A stretch of DNA of 64,000 nt from Tubulanus polymorphus (Eukaryota; Animalia; Nemertea): contig NC_134032.1 in assembly GCF_964204645.1 (NCBI RefSeq), positions 9,784,275-9,848,274 of the forward strand, written 5' to 3'. The position numbers and the translations under genes were made by a program. The notes under the pieces are model-generated. The model ran no database searches. It was given only the letters and a program-made list of their open reading frames with translations, and was not told the origin of the DNA. Positions 31,953-44,482 of this stretch are shown piece after piece. Numbering within the stretch: the first letter of the stretch is position 1; every line of letters begins with the position of its first letter.

Positions 31953-34900
31953 GGGCAATATAGGCCTATATCACAGGGATCTATGTCGCGCTAGCTTGTT
32001 TTATTATTTTGATGATGACAGTTTGATGATGTCACAAGGGTCGTAGAGACTATATTCCCACGCTTGATGAATATCATTGAGAGTAACCCACAACATAAAT
32101 TCAAACAACTGTTACTTTTTCTTTAAATAAAAAATGGGTGGAAGGATTCCACGCGAAACGTAAGAAAAAAATTATCATGATCTTGATACGTAATGAGGGT
32201 ATTTATGGAAGCGACTATCTTCTCATCAGGAAAGCAACATCATGGTGGCCACTTTCCTCCATTTACAAATTACAAAATGTATAAATTCCCTGAGTTTCCC
32301 TAATTATTCTACATTATTACACAAAATTCAGTGAGTAAATCGTGACCCGAATTTCTTGGTCTAGAACGTTTAAATGTATTCACTCTTTATTAATCATGTA
32401 TTGATAACGAAATGCGCGGTCAGTATCGAAATTCCCAGGTTTACCGGGTGTTTTTTGCAAACAAAATTTTGTCAAATTCCCTGAATTTTTCTAAATTTTC
32501 TGATTCGCCGAATTTTCCAGGTCGGTGGCGCCACACTGAAAGGAAGGGGTTTTTAACATTTCAGCTCATTTTACAGAGTTCCTTCGCCAAAAAGTACTGC
32601 TGGTTACGGTCACCAAAGCCACAGCATTCGAAACGCAAAATTCCAATTAGGGAATCTTTCAATAGAACCTTTAAAAAACGTATCTTACGTATTCAAAGCA
32701 TTCGCGCTAAACAACGTTCTCAGGACTAGAAAAATCCATTTATGACAATTCTTTAAAGAATATATTTTTGCATCGAAAAGAAAAAAAAACATTCATTTAC
32801 GGCTATTGAATAACAATTCTTAGAAACTAGAGCATGCGCGCCCAGCAGGTATCGACGCAACGAACAAAAGGTTTTTGATATACGCTGCATAATATGCTCG
32901 TGTGACCCGTTCTGAATTGAATTATAAATAGGCCTATAGAGAAAAAACATTCCGAAAGCCAGACCAGTACCGCGCGAAAAAATGCTGTTAAAAATTTCAT
33001 AAGGGAACACCTTGGAAACGACGCGAATAAAATTCCGACGCAAGTAAGGTTCTGTGTATTTCACGGTTTGAGTTAGATTCGACTCCGGAGACGAAAAGGA
33101 ACGCAATTTAACGACAAAACTGTGAAACACAGGAGCCTGGACCCAGTTCCAAAGCCCGGGGTCGAAATTTCACACGCCGATAGGCCTATATGCTATTTAT
33201 TACACACTCCTGCCCACTCCCTGCCCCACAGTTTACAGTCTTATCCATGCACACATGAGGCCTATGTACATGAGATATTTAATTTATAATAGGCTTTTCA
33301 CTGTGGCATCCTCGCTAGCCAGGGGTCCAGTATCGCTCCCCGGCACACTGGCCTCACGACGCGTGATTTCATTACTGGTGCTGTTGCGCATGACGTCATC
33401 TATCGACTTGCGAAATACACTTGTTCGGTAAAACGTTCGTTGATTGGTCCCTTCAATGGGAATTCCAACAGAAGCCTAATGTTGTTTGTTACAAGCGCTG
33501 TGATTGGTATGACCGGATTCTGGTCGACTAGTAACGACTCCAACGACTCGTGAGGTCAAGGGGTTCGGAGATCAGCTTTAGCATAATGAGTTCGAATCCC
33601 TTGACGGGCGAAGATGCACCGTGGCTATCAGGGGTGCAGTTTGGAGGCATCGTTTTGTCTTTGAAATAATCTGACATATTTTTTCACCTCAAAAATCATG
33701 CAGTCTGCTCCTAACTTTGTACACGAACGTCTAGCCCGAGATTTAGCAGATATTTTTGTTTCATTCAAAAAGCCCCGTAACGGCAGTGTTTCGAAGAACG
33801 CAGTGGATATGGCCCTCTTAAAGAGATATTCTAACCCACTTTAATAATCCTGGGGACACCCATGACATTGCTGTAAACGTATCCCACAGATATATTTGCT
33901 TCCACATAGGGCGAACCGAAAAAATAATCCGCACTGTGCTCACCCTTTCAGTGCATCTACACCAAAGTGCCGTGTATAAATTGGTGATAGACTTTGCTAG
34001 TACATCACACTGCAGTGTATTGATGTGATTAGTACCGGTAATTAGTTGTTATCTCTATTGAAAGATGGCAGCACCTCTACCAATAACAATACACCGCACC
34101 ACAGTGTAGACACACTATAGCGGTATGCTCGTGGTTCACAGCACCCTGGGGTGTAATCTTTTAGTAATATACCAAAGAAGGATTTGCGCCAGGCTATGTA
34201 TAACTACGTGCGATGATTTCGCCCAATCCAGACGATCTTTCGACCGCATGAACATCGTCAAACAACAGTTGACGCTCGAGTCCAACGGCATCAACACGTC
34301 GGAGCCCATGTTCGTTATGCTTTGGATGATCGCACAAATTCGACCTTGTGCATTGCTCCTTTTTGGTACAGCCTCTCTAGGCTCGGGGATGTCCTTTCAA
34401 TAATGTACGTAGGACCGGTGATATAAAATCAACAATCATGGTATCAAAAATTTTGTACTTATTGATGAATAAATTACTAATTCAATCATATCGAATTGAT
34501 AGTGTATTCATTTCTCAATAAATATTAAATTGCGTACATAATTACAATACATAGGCTAACATTGACGAAATTTATTGAGGGGACACCCAAAAGTCGAAAG
34601 GCTGTACCAAATGATGTGGGGGGGGGGGGGTGTATAGGCCTATATTCAGCGAATTTCGAGCATCCCAACTTTTTGCCATATGGATTTGGACTGACCCGCG
34701 CACTAAAAAAACGACTAAACACGGGCGCGATGATTTAAGACTAAATCACTTCATGACAACAAGAGAGGTCGTAATCAAATCCGAGCGAACGCATACTTAT
34801 ATAGCCTAGTTACACGGACAGATTACATATTTTCGTCGATGATTATTAATTATTACTTGCGCCAAATAGCTATCTGGGTTATTGGTTCAATAGCAGACGG

Positions 34901-37900
34901 ATTCCGACCTCCCCCACTCAGACTACAGATACACGCTTTTATCAGTAATCGTAGTAGTACTTGCGCGTAGAAATAGTTTCTCGAACATTACGTGGCAAGG
35001 TGAAACCAACGATGACTCAAAATATTGCGGAAATGCTTCGTTTATTTAGGCTTTAGATATAAGCTGAAATTCTTGCGTTAAGAACAATGAATTATTTCGA
35101 TAGCTCGGATTTTTTAAACGCAAAATAGTTAGGTTGTTAGTTACCGATATCCTCCGCGCGATAGCAGGGGCATCCAATATAAACCTCAATTTCGGTATTT
35201 TCAAATATGGTCGACAGATTTTGAGGGCTGTATTTCCAATACGGAAATTGTTTTTAACTATCAATTTTACTTTTTAGCTTATAGGGAGAACCCCCCTTAG
35301 AGCAGCCCTCACCCTGAGCCCCTTACAACTCAAGGGTGCCCTATAATGATGTCAAAATATACCCCTGGACTGCTTTCCCAGGATTATGCCTGCCGAGCTG
35401 ATAAGATGATGATCGCGGTTATTGAGAATAAGGCCAGACGAAACCCGGGGGGGGGGGGGGGTCAAACCACGGTACAGGTTTGCTCAAAAGGTGAAGTGAA
35501 CCACAGCTCAAGCTCAATGAAGTTCTCTACTATTACATCACGCTGCAGCTGTATACTACACAAACACCGAGAAATATGCACTTCCCACAGCATACGGAAT
35601 TTCACTGATTCAGTGCTACAGTACTGTTATTAGGGGTAGAACAGAGTACATCAGATCTATAATGCAATAAAATCGGGATGAAGTATTTATAAAACTGAGA
35701 ACGCCTGAAATGATTAGAGTTCCCGATGAATCGAACTGTCGGTACAGTTTTATAGGGGTTGTGAATTTCCCAATCTGCTGCTGAACCCCCACGGGTGGAT
35801 ATCCAGAGGTCAATTTCAAGGGACTTTGATGCCCAGAAAGGCAACATTAGGTGTACTCCCGCACTGAGGGGTCAGTTTTTGAAGAACTCGTCATATCCCA
35901 AAAGGGCACCTTGATGTCCACAAACGCAATATAATGTGTGTACTTCCACGCTGAATGCACCTTTGTTGAGAAAATATAAAAGGGCCCTCAAAAAATTTGA
36001 TGGACTTTTGCAAGTCGCCCTGGATCCACCCCTGACCCCACATACCCTTCTTCAGACATTTTGTCATTCTTTTATCAGACTTCACACGTGATGCAGACTT
36101 CACCTCTGAGATATTTTTTATTGAGAATGAACTACCAGAAAAAAAACACCTGACAAAGTTAACTTCATCAGTACACTCTCTAAAAGTGATTGTCTACACT
36201 TTGCACTACAATAGCACCTACATTAGATTTGTTTGAACCGAAAGAAGCTAGGATTGGTTTTCATATAGGCCTAGTCAAAAAAAAAGTTTTGATTCAAAAC
36301 TAGCTCAATGCATTTAAAGGGCAGATTTAGGGGTGGACCAGGTGGACTGGTCCTACCTCTTCATTATGTTCTCCAAAAAGGTTTGAAAAAAGGTTTTTGT
36401 AAAGAGAATTTTTAAAAAGACCAAAAATATATCCAAATGGGCCCTCAGAAGAACCAGAAAAGTGCCTTTTCATCATTATTTTTCTGTGGGAGGGCCACCA
36501 GAACCCCCACCGATGTTTCTCTTGCAGCCCTCATATCTGCCCTTTTCAGATTAAGTGCCCATTCCGATTTCCAGGTCCACCACCGAGTAAGAATCCTAGA
36601 TACGCCCTCGGTTTTTATCATAACGCAATTAGGTCGGGAAATCCGAGGACACGCGAACTAAACTGGTATTTAAGAACGTAAATATTTAGTTGTCAGAGCA
36701 CCCACCCATAACTTGAAATTTATAGAGGTCAACTATATAGAACTTGGAGCTGAACGCTCTTCGTATGCATACAAATCGAAGCGCATACGGCATAAAAGGC
36801 TGTATTACAGTCCATACAAGTGATTTTCTATTGGATATATATTTTATTTCAACCATGGAGTTCACAGGAACGACTATATTATTTATAAATGAAACATATG
36901 AATACGAGCATTATAGGCATACGCCGTTCTTTTAAGCCTTTAAATCTGTATGCGCGAATAGAAATCTCCGTAAATAATCCTGTATGCGTTTTTGTGGTAA
37001 AAATTGCGAAATATCGAATGAATGCGATACTGATCTATTGTATCGTGTTGATTGAAAAATAACCGCGAGCTTTCATGGAATTTTACCCGTATAGGTCTAT
37101 TTCACGAGAAAACTACGATAGGATTGCTGTTTATAGGCCTAGGCCTACATATTTTCAGTGAAAATGATAAAACTTTGTGACCGAAAAGCCTTTCATTTCT
37201 GGCTTTATAGATAATAACTTATTATAACTTATAAAATATTTTGATTTCTATGAAGAGTAGATAGAATCCAATTGCCTCAGACCTTGTGGTACCAACAAAT
37301 AGGCCTAATCTATGAAGCAAGTAATTCCGCAATCAGAGTATTGATGGGTCATTCCATTACATGAATTTGAGAAGAAGAGTTTCAAATTTTGTCCGGGCTA
37401 TGTGATAATCCGAAACAGTGACCCCCAACCCATTTTCTCCAGTTTGGTAAACAAAATTCAGAGGTCGGGGTACTACGCGACTTAAGGCCTCCGCACACGA
37501 GCCTAAAACGGCGTACGCAAATGGCGCAGCGCAGTTTTCGGCTCGTGTGCGCGGGGGGCCTTTTCGAGCGCATTTTGTCGTTCGCCAAATATCTATCATG
37601 TTTGATATTTGCATTTCATTCGACGTCAATGCACATGCGCAATTACTCAAAAACTGATGATAGCGGCTAGTGTATTGATTTCATATTAGAAGAAAGATTT
37701 ATGACACGAATATCACTTTCTTTATGATATGGGATTACTATCAAAATCAGAAAAATTTCTTTATATTCAAATAGATTTGACAAGGGCAATAAAAAGTCGC
37801 GAGTAAATGGTGCAAATATGCAGTAAATATGGTGGTATAAGGCATAAGGCCATCACTTTGCTGAGCGCAGTTTTTGACTCGTGTGCGGGCGCTGTATTTC

Positions 37901-38567
37901 TGCGCTCAATGCGTACGCAAAATGCGCTCGTGTGAGGGGGCCTAAAGGCTTAGATTTTAAGACTATGTTAAGGTTAAGCCACAAGTGTGCAGCATTTCGA
38001 CTTATATCTGACCCGAGCCGATCAATTTGAGATCAGTCAGAGGCAAACTTGCAACTAGCCTACGCCACAACCATAACAATTAGGCTATTGTTTGTTTGGC
38101 TTTGGGTGAGATTGAAACATCATGTTCTTTTAATGAAAATAAATTCTCAATTTTAAAATAAAGTATTTTCTAAAATTTGCAAAAAATTTTAGTGGGTTTT
38201 TATCTTATTTTCCCCTTACCACATTTGAAAGTGGTTATTCCCACAAACCAAAATCCAAATTTCGAAAACTTACGATTACATTCGTTGTTTGCGTCGGGTA
38301 GAACATACGCACGAACACTCCACTCGTCGACGGGCCCGACATCACGTCCATGCATCCGACTGTGTACGCACCCGAGCCTTCGGGCAAGTGCCGGCGACAT
38401 TTCTCCGTGCGGAATTTCGACAGGTTCGGCAGACCGACCCGTGGGCGCCGCAGTACGGGCAGATTGATGCTCAAACGCCGCGGACGCGACAACAGCGACG
38501 CGGCGGCACCTGGATTCACGGTACGCGGAGCCCGAAACGAACCCCCGCGTCTCCGGAAATCTTTCAT
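27092..38567 (-). CDS. PAFAH2: Platelet-activating factor acetylhydrolase (PLA2G7/PAFAH2 family), ~584 aa, 9 coding exons
   Basis: Exons 38567-38274, 31527-31413, 30994-30829, 30394-29914, 29456-29343, 29009-28918, 28253-28083, 27857-27709, 27264-27092, phase-consistent. Motifs GAYTVGCMD, RMFYP, PVVIFTHGIGA, MASQGFIVAAMEHRDGSAS, nucleophile GHSFGG, LDAWM and GTCHQAQTDF (Ser-Asp-His triad). Confidence 0.9.
30452..30787. mobile_element. piggyBac-like MITE family P1, degenerate copy with duplicated right end
   Basis: CCTTTCAGTGC...AGTCAGCACTGAA(C/A)GGGTTAA, with the right end present twice 60 bp apart. Confidence 0.75.
31028..31350 (-). repeat. ~41-bp degenerate minisatellite family C
   Basis: Unit like ACTGTGGAACTGGATCCAGAGTCAAATTAAACCCACACA. 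A larger array lies at 59250-59770. Confidence 0.7.
37486..37942. mobile_element. PIF/Harbinger-like MITE
   Basis: taa-GGCCTCCGCACACGAGC...GCTCGTGTGAGGGGGCC-taa. Confidence 0.8.
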
Positions 38568-38831
38568 CCTAAAAATGAAAAAATTCTTTATCGCACGCAA
38601 TTTCAAAGATTTTTATACTAGTAGGCCTAATTAATATCAAAAATATTAAGCCCTAAGCCTAAGGCTAAGCAAAGTAACTTTAAACAACGTTTTCCAGTTT
38701 TCTGCAAGAACTTTCACAAGTAATATTTTGTAGTGTAGGGCCTATGGACCCCTCTAAAAAACACTAAAAGACGAGTGAAGAAGAACAAGAACTTGTTGTG
38801 ACAGTAGTGTGTGAGAAGAAGCAAAGCCTAC

Positions 38832-40154
38832 CTCTTCTTGTAACTTAATTCCAAAGTTCAGGTGAATCTAATACCCCGAGCAACTTAACAAAATCCTTAT
38901 GTTAGTGTAATCCAAACGCTTAAGGAAGAACTATCCGCTGACAATGACTGCACTCGCCGCCTACAAGAATATTTCAACTACTCGTGACATGTAATTCACA
39001 ACATGTCCGAAAGCGCCGCCATCTTGCAACAAATAGGTTGTCAACTATAGCGACCTTGACTTCAAAAATATCGGTTCAAAATTTTACCAATAATTTATTC
39101 ATTTGACGCCAAGCCTCGAAAGCATTCGAAATATTTTCAAATTCTCAATCCTCTCAATGATAAATTACTTAATTTGACCGCATTATTTCATTAATGAGGC
39201 TTTCTACTGACTCTAGCGCCATCTATCCACTAGCAAATGCATCAAAAAAATTGATTTATAATTAAAGATGTGAACTTAAAAGCAATCTTCTCTACACGAA
39301 TTTCCCAGTATTTTGAAATATTTCCATCCCCTTAATAATGGTTTTTGAAAGTAGCCCACCGCTCAGTAAATCTCAGAACAAGTTTTTTAAAACTAATTAA
39401 GGCGTTGGCAGCTTGCCAGGGTTTAGTGTAAGCTTATTGATTTGAGTGCTGAAACAGTGTTGCCACTCTCCGTCAAAACTGAGTAGTTTTTCCCACACAG
39501 GACCAACATGCCCGCCGGTCTAGAACCATGGAAAATAACGGTATTTCATCGTTTAATCGCCTTGCTTCATAAGATCACGCATCACTCGCTTCGAATCGCA
39601 CATAAAACGAACACTTTGACTTGAGAAGAGTTTTTCCAAAACTTTTTGAGAGGGTTGAGAATTAGGACATGAGGCACCCGAAAACAATTTCACATCAAAA
39701 CCCGCTTTAAAAGTCATCAACCTTTTCGGTATCTAAAAATCATCATTAAAATTCATTTATTTATCAAAAAAACTGAACTGAATACAAAAAAGGTGTACAA
39801 CTTAATTTCTTAGTAACTTCAGTATAGATGAATAAGGGTTTTAGAAAACAACGGTCCGGCAAGCGGCAGAAGCTTGCCTAAAACGTCCCCTATTCCCTCA
39901 CGCCTTAATCTTATCGAGTAAATGGCACAGGACCAATGTGTCTTTAGTTACTCTGTGAGCAGGTTTGACTCAAAACAAAAATCCATAGACAACTTAAGCG
40001 AAACGTCGGGGATTCCGACTTCTGCCGTCTACGAACAAATCACGACTATCAATCATAGCGTCCCTAGCAGCGAACTCAGGGCAGTTTTTGGGCTAATAAA
40101 CTGGTATTTTGCATATTCGTCGAGGGATCGAACCCTGTCGATCGGGTCAGAGAA
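38832..40154. promoter_or_regulatory. Probable divergent promoter region of the PAF-AH gene and FBXO16
   Basis: Head-to-head genes with start codons 1.6 kb apart. Minus-strand donor GAG|GTAGG at 38831 and a YY1-type motif CAAGATGGCGGC at ~39015-39026 (minus). Confidence 0.5.
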
Positions 40155-43100
40155 ATGTCAGGTATCGCGAAAAATCGCATTAAAAGTAGCTGGACCCCGT
40201 TAACAAACGAACAAGCGAACTGCAAGGTAAAAACTTCACTTCCTGGTTTCTGTCAAAAAATTCAAGGAATTGCTCAACTGAATACCAGCACAGGCACTTG
40301 AATATGGGCTTTGATAATGGATAAATATTTGATAATTTACCAACGTTAATCCTACTTCGATAGATCCGCCATGTTTTATAATAAATTTACCCATGATGCA
40401 ACGTGCGCCCGTCGTTTAGCTACTATACAGAAAGGCTGGAATTGGAAACGATCCTATCTCCGTAATGCTCAAATCTACCCGCAGTTATCGGGACAGCCGA
40501 ACACTGCCGATGATTGCCGAAGTACGTCCTTAGTGTCAATTTTAATCCTGAAATATAAGGAGCGCCCATAATTTCAATTGTAGATGATTTTTTTGGAAAC
40601 ATTGACACTGTTTTAGCTCCATTAAAGATTTTAAATGGCAACAAAATTGATTTTTGAAAATTCGCGATGCCTCTTCGGGATTGCTGTGACGTCATCTGTC
40701 CCGATAACTGCGGTTAGATTTAAGCATTACGGAGATAGGATCGTTTCCAGCCTTTCTGTATAGTATAGCTAAACGACGGGCACGCTTATCGGAATGAGGA
40801 AGGCTGAAATAACGATATGGTTTCTTAGATTTTGGTGTGTAGTTATCGAGGTATGGCACTTTAAAGTTTAAAGATTTGAGCAGTGTCTTCATATTTCAAT
40901 ACATCAACCACGTGTTTGTGCCCGGGGTGATGGTAATGCCAGGGAAGGAATCAAAAGACATGACATTCTATTCCTTTTTTGTGGATCTTTGCTTAGAATT
41001 GCATTCATTATGAGAAGAGCTTCAATCTTGATAAACTTGATGTTATTATTTTTTGTAGATCTTCGAAGAGAGGCGAGCATTAGTCGGAAAATGGGTCAGT
41101 TGAAATTCAACATCTACCCCAGCACAGCACAGGGGCCTGCTACAATGTCACCCCTCTGTATACTATAGCACTTCTCCAGGCAAGGGCGGATCTAAATGCG
41201 AGCGTCAGGAGCATGTGTGTTCCTGTCGCAAATTTTCGCCCTTTTGAAAAACGACAGCGATTTCTCTTATAGATATTCCTTTAATGTCACTCCAGTGCCT
41301 AGAAATTGCATAAGCATGCACTAAACTTACAAAACTTTCCAGGCCACCATTTTGTTTGAGCCCACTCCCTCGGTGCCGTGCAAACCCTGTAGGTACTTGC
41401 CCTTCTTCACAGTATGCCGTTTTACTTTCTTTTTGCTCCTGTCGAATTCAGACCCCTCGATCCACCCCTATCTAGAGATAATTGAAGTAAGCGAGGATTT
41501 AGAAGAAAACCCTTACACAGAGCAGATCGGACCGCAATTAACAAAAATATAAAACCCCTCAAGTAGTTATCTGATCTGGCTAGATAATCACTGAGGTGGG
41601 GGGTTGACTCCAGTTGTGCCAGGCCTCTGTGGTCATCCTTTCCATAAAAAAACAAATACAACGGGAGGAGTTAGTACTAGGCTATATAGGTTTATTTGTC
41701 TCATGAGCTTTCACTACGAATGTATAGGCCTAGTAGCTAACCTATGCCTAGTACTACTCGTCACATTGTATTCATTCTACACCCGGTTAACCCTTTCAGT
41801 GCGTCTACACCGCAGTGCGGTGTATGAATCGGTGATGGATTTTGCTAGTACACCGCACTGCGGTGTATTGATGTAATTAGTAATTAGTTTTTATCTCTAT
41901 TGAAAGATGGCAGCTCCTGTCAAACATAGTGAAATATTAGTAACTAATGATACACTGCGCCGCGGTGTAGACACACTATAGTGGTATTCCAGTTATTCAG
42001 CACACTAGGGTGGAATTTTTCAAATTATCTCCAGCACTATAGGGTATTGATTAGTCAGCACTGAAAGGGTTAACAGGCTCCTCTATGAATTTTCTCATGA
42101 AAAAAACAACTATTAGAATATTTCTCCCTCTGATTTCTCTCCAGTTCGATAAATGGACGGACGATCAGCGGAGGAAAGTGTTGCAGGATTTATTGCTGAA
42201 ATGTAAAGTGAAACAGTTACAATTCAGCGGAACGATTATAAATCAGAAAGTTCCGGTTTACAATGACGACTTCACGCGGCGTTTACCGAGGGTCATCTGT
42301 TTATACATTATGGGATTCCTGGATCCTCGCAGTTTGTGCAGGTGTTCACAGGTAAGACGACACCTTCGATCCCCCTTTGACATCATCAAATTTCTGTATG
42401 ATATCACGAAATTACATATCAGGGGTGGGTTTCATAGATGTGGAAGAAAAATAGTCCCTGGGAACATTTTGAAATTTGTCTATTATAACCATGGTTTCTC
42501 ATTGTAACTATGGTGGTTGTTACCCAGATTGAGGATTTACCCCTAGGGATAACTTTGATACTTAGTCTATGAAACCGGGCCCAGGGTTATCCGGAAGACA
42601 CTTCCAGAAAAGATGCCTGCTTCCATGAAACCCCCTATGACATCACAATATTACCTCTATAGATACTTCGAGTAAAGATTGCCGCCTTCAAAAATCATCC
42701 TATGACATCATCAAATTGATTAGGCCTACTGTAAATCCCCCTAAGACATCACAAAATTGCATACCGGGGTACTATGACCGATGCTTCCAGAAAAGACGCT
42801 TCCATAAATCCGTCTATGACATCATGAAATTAACCCTAGATGCTTCCAAAAAGGAAGGCCACCTTCATAAATCCCCCTTTAGACATCTTTAGAATTACTA
42901 CTACACCTCTTCCGGAAATGGATGGCTCCTCCAAAAATACCGAAATGACATCATCAAATTGTTGTTATGCATATAAGCACCCCTCCAGGTAAAGTGGCTG
43001 CTTCTATAAACCTCCTGTTATGGTTATCACATTGTTCTGTAGGTATGTTGGTTTTGGAAGCATTTATCCGAAGCTGATCAGATTTGGATGCCGAAGTGTC

Positions 43101-44482
43101 TACGTTTAGGTTGGTATTTGACGTTCGTTCCGAGTCCGTACGAAACCGGAATCTGGAAACGAAACTACATCGAAAACATTAAAAGTCTACAATACCTGCG
43201 ACCTAAGGTAAGAATTTTACTTCCAGATCGAGCCTGATAAGGTTAACGGGTCAATGCCTAAACTTGTTAAAAACGATTTTCAGGAAATCCCAGCAATGCC
43301 GGCGGATGACAAAAGAACAGAAACGGAAAAGACAGAAAGAACTGTCAGCATAAAAAAGCCGAAAGCGTCGCCGATTCGAGCGTGGAGAGGCTCGGATCCA
43401 CGGCCTCAAGATACGTGGAGATTCAACTATTTAGACAATGACGATGAAATACAGAAAGTCCAAAAGTTGTAAGTTGCGTAGCTTTGAATGTAGATTGTAT
43501 GATTGGTTTAGATGACTTCTGGGGCCGGTTGCTCAAAAGTTGGTTAGAGATAACCAGTGGATAGTTGATATGGTGACAATAGAAATTTCATTTTTACTAT
43601 GGTATTTATCCGCAGGTTATCTTAAACCAACTTTTGAGCAACTGGCCCCTGAAGTTTTCACCTTGTTACATGGGTTAAAGAATCAAAATGAACTTAGACT
43701 GGTTTTATCTTAAGTCTAAACGGTGGAACTAAATCAAATAAAGCTTAACTTGGTCTTATCTCATAAAGACTTGGAGTGAATAGTTGTTGAATTATTTTTT
43801 CAGGCGTCAAAAAGGCCTGTACGGCCCGGAGGCTGAATTGATTTCGGCGCAAGCAAAAAGTAAAGTAAAAACCGGTCGTGAGAATCTGTCGCGACAGAAG
43901 AGAAGCAAATCCCTTACGGTGAGTTCAATTATTGTTTTGTTAAAATCTCTCCGTTAGAATTGAGTATTTTTGTACGAGTTTCGAACAAATCTTTTTTATA
44001 TTTTACAGAAGTTGAATGGCTATATCCGTAAAGAGGAACCGCTCGGAGAGGACGGACGTCCGAAATGGGCGACGCACAAATCCGGATCACCGTTCGTTAA
44101 TCAGAGTTATATGGGCGACACGAAGACGGGGCTGAATGCCGGAGTCCGACCGGGGCCGGTTGTCAATCTGAGGAAAACTACCGTCAAACGAACCCCCAGA
44201 GACCCGCCATGTAAGATTTAGAATTTCCTAGAAATTGGGCCATTTTATTGACCCCTTTCTGCTTATTTGTATAGTCCAAACCCTTTCTGCCTAAGGGTAT
44301 TTGAATAGTCCAAACCCTTTATGCCTATTTGCTTAGTCTAATTGTATGTATAAAATGGCCAAATTTTTTGTCCCTATCCCTCTCTTTGCTATAATTCTCT
44401 ATTTATTCATTTTTCAGCTTCGGAACTGTTCAAGTCCACGCCGTGGCAACTACCTGGGGAGGATGCTCTTGAAGACGTATGA
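40155..44482 (+). CDS. FBXO16: F-box only protein 16, 348 aa, 8 exons
   Basis: Exons 40155-40226, 41059-41094, 42145-42351, 43043-43207, 43284-43468, 43804-43918, 44009-44210, 44418-44482. SSWTPL..., IFEERRALVGKWFDKWTDDQRR, F-box DFTRRLPRVICLYIMGFLDPRSLCRCSQVCWFWKHLSEADQIWMPKCLR. Confidence 0.9.
40407..40781. repeat. ~90-bp inverted repeat (fold-back element) in FBXO16 intron 1
   Basis: 40407-40496 is the near-exact reverse complement of 40696-40781. Confidence 0.85.
41791..42069. mobile_element. piggyBac-like MITE family P1, complete
   Basis: ttaa-CCCTTTCAGTGC...GCACTGAAAGGG-ttaa, 279 bp. Further copies at 52968-53239, 30452-30787 and a partial one at ~33943-34150. Confidence 0.9.
43521..43650. 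mobile_element. Short hairpin MITE (GGGGCCRGTTGC-type ends)
   Basis: GGGGCCGGTTGCTCAAAAGTTGGTT...AACCAACTTTTGAGCAACTGGCCCC. Related-ended elements at ~13155-13297, 42422-42582 and 53741-53985. Confidence 0.7.

Noticed and set aside
34170-34320. GC-richer exon-like stretch in PAF-AH intron 1 (MGSDVLMPLDSSVNCC...)
   Set aside because: No recognisable family and no phase-consistent partner exons found.
39501-39540. Possible exon with ATG (MPAGLEPWKIT) upstream of FBXO16
   Set aside because: Cannot be linked in frame with confidence. The FBXO16-like N terminus is already explained by the ATG at 40155.
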